A DNA stretch of 64,000 nucleotides from Candidatus Latescibacterota bacterium (GTDB lineage: Bacteria; Latescibacterota; UBA2968; UBA8231). Positions 37,052 through 45,087 of the stretch are shown here, one piece after another (within the stretch, counting starts at the first letter, position 1; each line of letters begins with the position of its first letter). The stretch spans positions 139,439 to 203,438 of the forward strand of contig OZ253462.1 in NCBI GenBank assembly GCA_965261395.1. The letters are read 5' to 3'. The position numbers and the translations under genes are program-made. Below the pieces are notes generated by a model that was given only the letters and a program-made list of their open reading frames with translations, was not told where the DNA came from and ran no database searches.

Positions 37052-37657
37052 TTGTCTTATTTAGTAGGAACTCTCATTGCTGTAATTACAGTATTTGCTT
37101 TTTCGCAGCCTTCAGTTGCCCGTGAAAACGAGTTGGAAAGCTGGTACATGTACTGGGGGTTTGGAGCTTCTGATAATGACCTTTTTGACGATGTAGACCT
37201 AGAGGGTACAGGGGTAAGCCATACCTCCCTGTCTGTGGATTCCTTTGGGTTTTATTGGCCGAGAGGTCAAAAAACACTGGTCGGCGGGGTCATTAATACT
37301 TTTGCCGATTTTTTTGAGGGAAGTGATCTTCTTTCTAGTGCCGAGATTAATTCCTATAACTCGCTTTACTCAATTTCTGCGATGCACTTTCTGTCTCCAA
37401 AGATAGGACAGGGATTTTTTGTGCGAGCGGATGCCGGATTAGCCCTTCACTATGCTGAAGTAAAACTCGATATATTAGGTAATGAAGCAGATTCCGAGTG
37501 GACAAGTGAATGGGGATCGGGGTTTCTGATAGGAGGAGGGTACGGACTTCCGATAACAAGCGGAACGCGATTGCTCCTTAATGCTAATGTCTCTCAGCGG
37601 TATGTTGAGGAGGAATCTATGACCAATGTTGGGATCACACTTAACGGGCTGTTTTAG
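37052..37657 (+). CDS. outer-membrane beta-barrel-like protein
   Basis: 201 aa with the signal peptide LIAVITVFAFSQPSVARE, alternating aromatic/Gly-rich segments and a C-terminal ...GITLNGLF with terminal Phe. Confidence 0.6.
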   Translation: MSYLVGTLIAVITVFAFSQPSVARENELESWYMYWGFGASDNDLFDDVDLEGTGVSHTSLSVDSFGFYWPRGQKTLVGGVINTFADFFEGSDLLSSAEINSYNSLYSISAMHFLSPKIGQGFFVRADAGLALHYAEVKLDILGNEADSEWTSEWGSGFLIGGGYGLPITSGTRLLLNANVSQRYVEEESMTNVGITLNGLF

Positions 37658-37729
37658 CTGGAGTTAAGAGCTAAAGAAGTCGATTTCCACTAAAATGGTG
37701 CCTGTGAGGGTTTCGACCAAGTGATAAGA

Positions 37730-38010
37730 GGTAGGCCGGGGAGACTGTCTGACGAATCGCCTCTTGCAGCCCCCGTGATCGACATTACACAACCCTTAGT
37801 TACGCACCCGTCCGGTCGCGTGCGTCGCGAGGCAGTTCGCCTCCTGCAAGGAGCCTAGCCGCCACACCGGATGCACTCGCACCAAGCCGAACTCCCGGTT
37901 GCCCCAGTGTCGGGGGGCGTCCTCGGTAGCAGCGCTACTGCGGAGGATGGACGCCCGAACCTGCTCCATTTCCCGAGCCAGATTCCCCTTGTATGGGAAC
38001 GAGAGAGGGC
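37730..38010 (+). repeat. island repeat family, copy D (divergent 5'/central part, conserved 3' module)
   Basis: 37918-38010 reads gtcctcggtagcagcgctactgcggaggatggacgcccgaacctgctccatttcccgagccagattccccttgtatgggaacgagagagggc. It matches 49678-49770 and 44325-44404 with scattered substitutions. Confidence 0.65.
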
Positions 38011-38013
38011 ACG

Positions 38014-38199
38014 TCGCAAGCGCTGGCCGGCGCATGCCCCGGTGGCGATGGTCCCTCGCACCGAGGCCGCCGTCAGGGCGGCCAGCACGGGCTCCTCATC
38101 GGCGAACTGATCGGCGTCGAGTAGGCCGTGTTGGGTACACAGGCGGATGATGAGGCGCGCACTCGTCTGCACGATCTGCTGCACCTCTGGGTCGGACAA
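38014..38199 (-). pseudogene. internal fragment resembling an IS91-family (Y2) transposase
   Basis: The fragment is IVQTSARLIIRLCTQHGLLDADQFADEEPVLAALTAASVRGTIATGACAGQRLRRAL. It resembles the ...R.L.R.GLL......D..L..L...S...RIA.GP.AG.. region of IS91/IS801 transposases as I remember them. It has no catalytic region, and repeat copy D abuts it. Confidence 0.35.
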
Positions 38200-38207
38200 C
38201 GGCGGGG

Positions 38208-38414
38208 CTGACAGCCGGAGAAATTGAGATCCTCACGCTGTTTGCCACTGGCAAATCGTACGCTCAGATAGCAGAGGTGAAGGGCAACAGCCCGATTACT
38301 GTTCGGAATGCCATCTACCGCATTTAAGATAGACTTGGAGTAAAGACCAAACAGGAAGTCGTAGGGTGGGCAGTGCGAAATGGCTTGCTGGGTGACATGC
38401 AGCTAGACGACTAG
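38208..38414 (+). pseudogene. LuxR/GerE-type HTH fragment with an in-frame stop
   Basis: LTAGEIEILTLFATGKSYAQIAEVKGNSPITVRNAIYRI*DRLGVKTKQEVVGWAVRNGLL has TAA at 38325-38327 where family members have Q/K. There is no N-terminal domain and no start codon. Confidence 0.65.
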
Positions 38415-38705
38415 CGCCCGCTGGCAGCGGTCAGGTCAGACTTCGTAGGATGTACGACAGTTGAGGTTGTCGGTTCGGTTTCAGTTCCATTGAGACCTTC
38501 CAGCTGAACATTCGCAATACACAATAGACACGAAAAACTCAGGTAATCGTGGCTGGTGGGGCTAAAGCCAGCACGTAGTCGGACGACACCATTCGTGTGG
38601 GGTGGTATCGTCCCCGAGGAGGACCCGTTGTCTCCCCCTTCGGCATCCGATAGCCACCGCGCGGCCCGGTGAAAATGTAGGTGGGATTGCCCCACGGCAT
38701 ACCAC

Positions 38706-40178
38706 TCAAGCACCCCCACCTTTCGGTTCCGCCGATTGCGTTGACTGACTTTGCCCGCCCTCTCCAGCTGACATCACTAAGCGGTCCCAGTCGGGAGCGC
38801 TTCCATCTCGCAACAAAGCCAACAGAGTGTCTCGGGCCAACTGCCGACCATCGGACAGCGCTTTCCCAAGGTCAATCCGTTTCCGCCTTGCCCGTGACCC
38901 GTGGACCAAAGCGGAACGCGCACCATAGAAATCCTTGACTTTGCGAAATATCCCTATGCGTTCTTCACCGTTGGTCCCGAGGAGATACCCGGCGCGGGTT
39001 TCCAACTTATAGGTGATCTCTGGTGCGTCCAAGCTGTACATGGTCTCAAGAGCTATGGCGGTATCTAGGATGCGGTCTTCTGTACCGAATCGCCCAACTC
39101 TCGAAGGCAAACCCCCGAGCCGTCGGATGGCAAGGCCAAGCCGATCCCGGTCGTCCTGGTACATTCGCCAAGCCCGAACCATTTCAAGAAAGACTTCTGC
39201 ACTGTCCTCAGAAAAGTGATTCTCACGCCACCAGTCGTTCGCCCACCCCCCACCACTGGTCCACCCGAATTTAACGTTGGGGTCCAGGTCCTCCATCCAT
39301 TTGTCCACCCGCACATACTGCCGCCGCGATATTTGTTGTTCTCCAGTTGCAATACAGAGGAAGTCCCGTACCGTTTCGTGGTCCCTGGGGAATTGGTACG
39401 TGGACGACGGGTCTTCCATGGTTTCTTCCTCAAAGGAGAATCGGAACCGGGTATTTAAGATTTTCTCTGATTCCACCTCCGTCGAGGTAATTGCAGGCCC
39501 CCAGGTCAGTTCTCTGACGAGCGCCGCGATGCTCTCCGGAGCTTCATCCAAGGGATGACGCTGTTCGATGCCCGCTGGAAGGTGCCTAAGATTCAGGAAC
39601 GGGAACTCGCCACAAATCGCTTTAGCCTCTTCGTAGGGAGCCAGGAACGCGCCATCCCCGATGTCAAGGCGGCGATCCAACTTGAGTCCGTAGAATAGAG
39701 TAACCTCGTAAGCCTTGAGATCCCGGGCCTCACCCAGCGTCAGGAATCGGTGTAATGTCTCGGCGGCGTTGCTCCCGTCAGTTTTGATAGCCAGTTTGGT
39801 CAAGCTAAGCGCCAAGGTCTTTAGTTCGACACGAAACGCGCCGTATGGTCTTAGAAAATGAACAGCTTGGCCTTGGCTGGAATGGTCCAACGCCTGGCGT
39901 ATCACCGGATGTTCACATAGGGCTGCCTTCACATCGGCCGGGTCGTCATCAAACCATAGGTGGGATTCTTCGAATGCAACCTCCGCGCCGGGTTCATGTT
40001 GCGCCCTACTTGCCAGGGTGCGGTACTCCTCATATGACACCTGTCCGGTATATCTATGGACCCGTCCGAAATCATCGACTTCCTCATAGGGGACCATTGG
40101 TCTTACCCTTGGGGCCAGAGCCATCAGGCTGGCAGCCAACCCTTCAATCCAGCAACTAAGTTCGAAATCTTGCTTCAT
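38706..40178 (-). CDS. hypothetical protein with a C-terminal HEPN-like domain (Apea-like; Rx4H)
   Basis: 490 aa. The C-terminal ~130 aa read RLGLAIRRLG...EDRILDTAIALETMYSL...EITYKLETRAGYLLG...IFRKVKDFYGARSALVHGS. I verified the RSALVH codons at 38918-38901. GAGGAAGG lies upstream of the ATG. Confidence 0.6.
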   Translation of the reverse strand: MKQDFELSCWIEGLAASLMALAPRVRPMVPYEEVDDFGRVHRYTGQVSYEEYRTLASRAQHEPGAEVAFEESHLWFDDDPADVKAALCEHPVIRQALDHSSQGQAVHFLRPYGAFRVELKTLALSLTKLAIKTDGSNAAETLHRFLTLGEARDLKAYEVTLFYGLKLDRRLDIGDGAFLAPYEEAKAICGEFPFLNLRHLPAGIEQRHPLDEAPESIAALVRELTWGPAITSTEVESEKILNTRFRFSFEEETMEDPSSTYQFPRDHETVRDFLCIATGEQQISRRQYVRVDKWMEDLDPNVKFGWTSGGGWANDWWRENHFSEDSAEVFLEMVRAWRMYQDDRDRLGLAIRRLGGLPSRVGRFGTEDRILDTAIALETMYSLDAPEITYKLETRAGYLLGTNGEERIGIFRKVKDFYGARSALVHGSRARRKRIDLGKALSDGRQLARDTLLALLRDGSAPDWDRLVMSAGEGGQSQSTQSAEPKGGGA

Positions 40179-40442
40179 CCTTCCTCACCTCTTTTGGGAA
40201 TTGGCTTCGTGCTCCGAACCCCCAAGCCGATCTGGAGGACGCATCATCACAGACCCCTTACAGGTTCTCCTTGTCAGGCGGTCCCTCTGAGTAGGACTGG
40301 AACAAAGCCGGCTACGTTCTCATCGAGTCGGGCGCTTTCCCGGTCGGCCCTTCGCCGACAGTCAGCAGGCCAGCCAAGCACGAGGCGTGGGAGGATGGCT
40401 CCACCAGCGCAGTGGAAAACATTCTCGCCCGCCGCAGTATCG

Positions 40443-41750
40443 TCACGGAACAGCCATGTAGAACTCCATCAAGTGGGGGAGTAGACTCAGCGCATGGAGG
40501 TGCTCTCCTAGCTGAGAGACGAACACTGACTCAGTATCATCTGGGTCAATGTTGTCAGACGCTACGTGAAACACAATGTTCCGAAAGTATCTAAGCTTGG
40601 GCGGAACGGCTTGCGGTCCCGCAATTCCTTCAATCTCATCGTGTCGTAACTCAGGAAACTCTTCGACAGCCTGGTGGTATATCCTCAGAGGTTCGGCAAG
40701 CAATGCGGTACTCACGCGCACCGGAGCAATCAGGTTTTGAGCCTGCTGATCGGTGATTGAGCTAGTATCCATGACCAATAAATCAAAGGGGCTGTGGGCA
40801 TCCAGTTCAGTCCGGCTTCTGATTGCTCGTAACTTGCTGATGTCGAGTAGATTCACAAACTCATTTGACAGTACCAGAGACCGCATCAGAATTCTCACGC
40901 AGTCCGTCTTAGCCTCCTGAACAAAGGATGGATAGCGTGGCCCATGGCTGACATTGTGCTTTCTGAACAACCCGAGCATATACCATGTTCGCAGGTTAAA
41001 CGGTGTCTGGGTTGATTCATCAGTTGGGGTGTTGTATAAGCCGGGCAATGGACGCGAGAAAACTTCCCACCTCTTATGCAATTTTGAAAGTTTGTCCTTG
41101 TCAGCTGGTCCAGAAGATTTGTTGGCGCGAAGTAACTCTTCGCCGACCAACTCGGATAATGACCATCGGAGCCATGCTGCATACGCATCAATTGCCGACT
41201 GAGCCTTAAACACAGTGGAGTAGTAGTGACCATCTATCCCTCCGCCAGTCTCCATGAAGTTGTCGAGTGCGTCATGGAGATGTATTCGTTTAGCAGGATG
41301 CAACACCTTATCCCTAAGAGTGGTCAGATGTTGAATAGTAGTCTCGTTGGACTGGAACAAGGCTTCGAGGGGATCGAAGAGGAGGGCTGGGTCTCTTCTT
41401 GACTCCCTTCTATAACTCTCCAATTCCGCAGAGAGTAGGCACAAGTACATTTCCCATGGAACCCAAGTCACAAACTCCAATATCCTGCGACTATTTAAGT
41501 CTGGGTCGAGGTCTTGGTCTTGGAACATCAGGTTATATACGGCGTCAATGTCCCTGTCATCGATCAGTTGGGACATGCCTAGATTCTTCATCACACGAGT
41601 TTGGTGGTTGATATTGCGGAATGCAATGACGCGAACACCTTCCAATATGACACTCCGGTGATACTGAAGGTTTCGGTAGTGCTTTATTGCCTCATTCGGC
41701 AAATGGCTTCGCATTTTCTTATAGGCACCCTTATGTTTATCGGTCATCAT
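40443..41750 (-). CDS. hypothetical protein with two Rx4H (HEPN-type) motifs
   Basis: 435 aa. I verified TLRDKVLHP (codons 41315-41298) and YFRNIVFHV (codons 40583-40566) on the sequence. No other family signal recognised. Confidence 0.5.
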   Translation of the reverse strand: MMTDKHKGAYKKMRSHLPNEAIKHYRNLQYHRSVILEGVRVIAFRNINHQTRVMKNLGMSQLIDDRDIDAVYNLMFQDQDLDPDLNSRRILEFVTWVPWEMYLCLLSAELESYRRESRRDPALLFDPLEALFQSNETTIQHLTTLRDKVLHPAKRIHLHDALDNFMETGGGIDGHYYSTVFKAQSAIDAYAAWLRWSLSELVGEELLRANKSSGPADKDKLSKLHKRWEVFSRPLPGLYNTPTDESTQTPFNLRTWYMLGLFRKHNVSHGPRYPSFVQEAKTDCVRILMRSLVLSNEFVNLLDISKLRAIRSRTELDAHSPFDLLVMDTSSITDQQAQNLIAPVRVSTALLAEPLRIYHQAVEEFPELRHDEIEGIAGPQAVPPKLRYFRNIVFHVASDNIDPDDTESVFVSQLGEHLHALSLLPHLMEFYMAVP

Positions 41751-41808
41751 TCAAATCCCCAATGTTCAATGGATTGCGACGCTCAGATATCGGAGGCGGC
41801 TGTATGTT

Positions 41809-41999
41809 ATGTATAGGAAAAATAAGGCCCGATGTCGGTACTATGCAGTTCGCTGAAAACGTACGCAAGGGGCCAGCAGGGTCCCTGATGAATCGCTTGT
41901 CGTCGTCCAGCATCGTTCGGGACTGCTCTCAGTACCGTTGTAAAGGATTTCTGTGCGTTTCAGGGGTCAGCCCGGTACTTGAGGGTGCACTCCTCCGTA
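41809..41999 (+). repeat. island repeat family, copy A (5' and central modules; 3' module missing)
   Basis: It aligns to 49497-49689: atgtatagGaaaaataaggcCccgatGtcggtactatgcaGttcgctgaaaacgtacgcaagggg...caggggtca.. It diverges after tcctccgta, where the IS110-like fragment begins. Confidence 0.8.
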
Positions 42000-42033
42000 C
42001 CGCTCACGGCGCCGGGAGCGAATCGGGAGGAGG

Positions 42034-42219
42034 TCAGGCAGCGAACTCAAACTGCGGCTGAGGCGGGCCCTCGGCGGGGGCACCGCCGGCAGCCTTACCC
42101 CGCATCAGCACATCACGCCGGTCCGTCTTCACCCGCTCCCCACTGCGACGCGAGATCCGACTCGGTGCCACCACCTCGCACCGGTGGCCCGCTTGGCTAC
42201 TTCGGTCGCGCGAAGGCAA
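42034..42219 (-). pseudogene. short fragment resembling the IS110-family (DEDD) transposase N-domain
   Basis: EVVAPSRISRRSGERVKTDRRDVLM contains the KTDRRDA-like signature. Only about 25 residues are similar. Confidence 0.3.
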
Positions 42220-44151
42220 CGAGCGCGGCGTCTGGCCCGGTGCCCGTCGCGATGACGATGAACTGCCGCCCCGACCGCGCCCGGTAGGTCATCGGGTTCG
42301 CGTTCGTTGGAAACGGCGTCGCGCCACGCCAGACCTCGGTGCCCGTCGCCTTGTCGAACGCATATAGGTACGGAGTGCCGCCGCCGAGGAACACGAGGCC
42401 CCCCTTGGTCACCATCGGGCCGGAGTTGCCGCGCGTGCCCAGCCGCTCCGGCAGCTCGACGCCGCGCAGCAGCGGGTGATTGCGGATCTCGGGGCTGCCC
42501 TCACCGAACGGTATCTTCCACGCAATCTCGCCAGCATCGAGGTCAATAGCCACTAGGTGCGCGTACGGCGGCTTGATGAGCGGAATCGGGCCGAGCTTGC
42601 TCTCCGGGGTTTGCGCGGTGCCCGGTCCGTCGGCCTCCCGAAACATGAGGAGCGACGCACCCCATAGGGACAGTTGTTGCTGTACTCGACGTCGACTTCC
42701 GGGTCGTTGCCCGCATTCTCGCACAACTGGTTCGTGTCGGCGTCTTCCGATGTCCGAACGTACAGCAGCCCGGTCTCGGGATCAAAGGCCGCCCCGCCCC
42801 AGTTCGCGCCGCCGCTGGCGCCCGGGCGCTGGAGCGTCCCCTGAAGACTCGGCGGCGTGAAGAGCGGACCCAGCCGGAACCGCTGCATCTCCTCCACCGC
42901 GAGCGCGTGGATCTCCGGCGTCAGATCGTTCGCGTCCTCCAGCGACACCCCCTGCCTGCTGAAAGGCGGCGGCTTGGTCGGGAACGGCTGCGTCGGATAC
43001 AGCACCTCGCCCGGCACGTCCGTCGTCGTGTCCACCGCACGCTCCTCGATTGGCCACACCGGCTCGCCCGTCACCCGGTCGAACACGTACGTGAAGCCGT
43101 GCTTGGAAACCTGCGCCACCGCGTCGATCTCGCGCCCGTCCACCGTTACCGTCACGAGGTTCGGCGCTGCGGACAGGTCGTAGTCCCACACGCCGTGATG
43201 CACCGCTTGGAAGTGCCACTGCCGCTCACCCGTGCGCACGTCGAGGCACACCAGCGACTCGGCGAAGAGGTTCGCCCCCACCCGGCGGCCACCCCAGTAG
43301 TCGCTGCTCGGCGTGCTCGTCGGCACGTACAGCAGCCCGCGCTCGGCGTCGAGCGATATCAGCCCCCACACGTTGGCGTGGCCGGTGTAGCGCCACGACT
43401 CGTCCTCATAGGTGTCCGCGCCGAAGTCGTCGCTCGATTGCGGGATGGTGAAGAAGACCCAGCGGCGCTCGCCCGTGCGGGCGTCGAACGCCTGCACGGT
43501 TCCGGGGGTGTCGAACTTTCGCTGCAGCCGGTCAGGCACGCGGCTTCCCACGATCACTAGGTCCTCGAACACCACCGGCGGCGAGGTCTGGTCGAACTCG
43601 TGGCGGGTCACCGGGCGGCCATGGCCCTCGGTCAGCACAACGCTCCCGCTCTCGCCGAAGTCCGTGTCTAGCTCGCCGGTCGCGGCATCGATTGCGTACA
43701 GCCGGTCGCGGCTGTTGAGGAAAACGCGGTCGTCGTCGCCGTCGCTCCAGTAGGCGATACCCCGGTGCTTGAAGCCCCTCGGCCCCACACCCTTGGGCCC
43801 ACCTTCGTAGGCCTTGGGATCAAAGGTCCACAGTTCGGCACCCGTCTCCGCGTCGAGAGCCACCACACGCGTGTACATGGTGGAGAGGTAGAGGACGTTG
43901 CCGATCATGATGGGCGTTGCCTGGAATGGGCCCGGCCGGATGCCGTACTCCGCGAGGGGCATCTCGTTCGGCTCCCATTGCCAGACGATCTCCAGTTCGT
44001 CGACATTCGCGGCCGTGATCTCCTCAGCCGCCGAGTACTTAGTGGGCGCCTGCTCGGCACCGACGTACGGCCATTCAATCATGACGCCCGATTCCTGGGC
44101 GCCTGCGAGGGTGGTAAACAAGAGGGCGGCTGTCGCAACGAATCGCTTCAT
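42197..44151 (-). pseudogene. PQQ-dependent dehydrogenase (secreted beta-propeller), disrupted by a 1-nt frameshift
   Basis: The start is MKRFVATAALLFTTLAGAQE at 44151. ORF 42553..44268 carries the N-terminal ~530 aa and ORF 42197..42724 the C-terminal ...LIKPPYAHLVAIDLDAGEIAWKIPFG...RQFIVIATG. Adding one G to the GGGG run (+ strand cccc, 42659-42662) joins them as ...EYSNNCPYGGASLLMFREADGPG... Confidence 0.75.
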
Positions 44152-44191
44152 GGAGGGGAATCCGATTGGAGAATGGAAACTAGTTTCGCGG

Positions 44192-44227
44192 CGTATTCTA
44201 CGTATTCTAGGTATTCTACGTATTCTA
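44192..44227. repeat. 9-bp tandem repeat x4 (cgtattcta / ggtattcta)
   Basis: Copies lie at 44192-44200, 44201-44209, 44210-44218 (g variant) and 44219-44227. The array sits 41 nt upstream of the PQQ-DH start and directly abuts repeat copy B. Confidence 0.9.
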
Positions 44228-44404
44228 GATATCATGGGTCGGCAATATGCAGTTCGCTGAAAACGCACGCAAGGGTCCAGCAGGGTCTCTGATGAATCGC
44301 TTGTCGTCGCACAGAATCGTTCGGGCTACTGCGGAGGGTGGATGCCTGAACCTGCGCCATTTTCCTAGCCAGATTCCCCTTGCCTGGGGACGAGAGAATG
44401 CCCC
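44228..44404 (+). repeat. island repeat family, copy B (5' and 3' modules; central ~85 nt absent)
   Basis: ...tcggcaatatgcagttcgctgaaaacgcacgcaagggtccagcagggtctctgatgaatcgcttgtcgtcgcacagaatcgttcggg is joined directly to ctactgcggagggtggatgcctgaacctgcgccattttcctagccagattccccttgcctggggacgagagaatgcccc. Confidence 0.8.
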
Positions 44405-44707
44405 TATCCGCGCTGAGCTACCAGCAGGACTATGAAGAGACCGGGAGATGGCGAAAACACTGGTGGCAAAAGATCGCAGCACGGGTGAAGAAAATGGATA
44501 GAAAGCCTGGGTTGGCTACGCAGTCGACGGCGACAGTCGAAATCGTCGGGACAGGGTACGACTTCATGACGAACCACGCTCCCCGAAGATAAAAGGCGTG
44601 TAGTACGAACCCGAGGGAAGTTACAGTGTCGAGGTGTAGGGGCTCGTCGGGAAGGCCGAATGGACCCGTCCGGCGAGATTTGTATGCGATCATTTTGCAT
44701 CGGCTAC

Positions 44708-44736
44708 TTGACAATCAGCCGTAAACACCGTAAGCT
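44708..44736 (+). promoter_or_regulatory. sigma70-like promoter TTGACA-17 nt-TAAGCT, probably giving a leaderless XRE mRNA
   Basis: TTGACA lies at 44708-44713 and TAAGCT at 44731-44736. ATG 44743 follows 6 nt later and there is no SD sequence. The palindrome gtaagcttac (44730-44739) overlaps the -10. Confidence 0.4.
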
Positions 44737-44742
44737 TACAAC

Positions 44743-45087
44743 ATGTCCAAGACGTTGGGTGAGCGTATTCGCGAGCTGCGTGATCAGGCAGATCTCTCCC
44801 TACGCGACCTGTCAAAGAGGACCGGTGGCCTGACGGCTGCTTTCCTTTCGGATATTGAGCTGGGGCGACGTTTTCCCTCAGATGATGCCCTTGTCCGTTT
44901 GGCCAAGGCGTTGGGGACGACAGTCGAGGATCTTCGAACCTACGACACGCGTCCGCCAGTACAAGAGATCAAGCGGTTATCCGCGCAGAATCCCGCAATC
45001 GGTGCGGCTTTTCGTAAGATCACCGAGATGACGCCGGAAGAGATACTGAAGATGGTTGAGAAATCGACAAGAAAGAAAAAAAAGTGA
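44743..45087 (+). CDS. XRE-family helix-turn-helix regulator (CapH-like)
   Basis: 114 aa with the HTH_3 pattern LGERIRELRDQADLSLRDLSKRTGGLTAAFLSDIELGRRFPS and a basic C-terminal tail. Confidence 0.85.
   Translation: MSKTLGERIRELRDQADLSLRDLSKRTGGLTAAFLSDIELGRRFPSDDALVRLAKALGTTVEDLRTYDTRPPVQEIKRLSAQNPAIGAAFRKITEMTPEEILKMVEKSTRKKKK

Noticed and set aside
38411-38719. 102-aa minus ORF downstream of the HEPN gene, and the ~300-bp apparently non-coding stretch it covers
   Set aside because: The ORF overlaps the stop region of the 490-aa gene, has no SD and an odd composition. I also found no convincing RNA structure by eye. I left it unannotated but mention it as a place to look for an ncRNA.
42553-42724. 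Programmed ribosomal frameshift in the PQQ dehydrogenase
   Set aside because: There is no slippery heptamer or downstream structure at the junction. A 1-nt indel in a G4 homopolymer explains it more simply.
44225-44482. The 85-aa minus ORF spanning repeat copy B, and the short + ORFs starting MQFAENVRKG.. in copies A, B and C, considered as a conserved small protein
   Set aside because: The reading frames diverge after about 20 codons because of indels between copies. There is no SD before the ATG. The minus ORF is not preserved in copies A and C. The few substitutions (about 3 synonymous and 3 non-synonymous) are uninformative.
44380-44592. 70-aa + ORF between repeat copy B and the XRE promoter
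   Set aside because: It starts inside the repeat and has no SD or recognisable motifs. It is probably non-coding.
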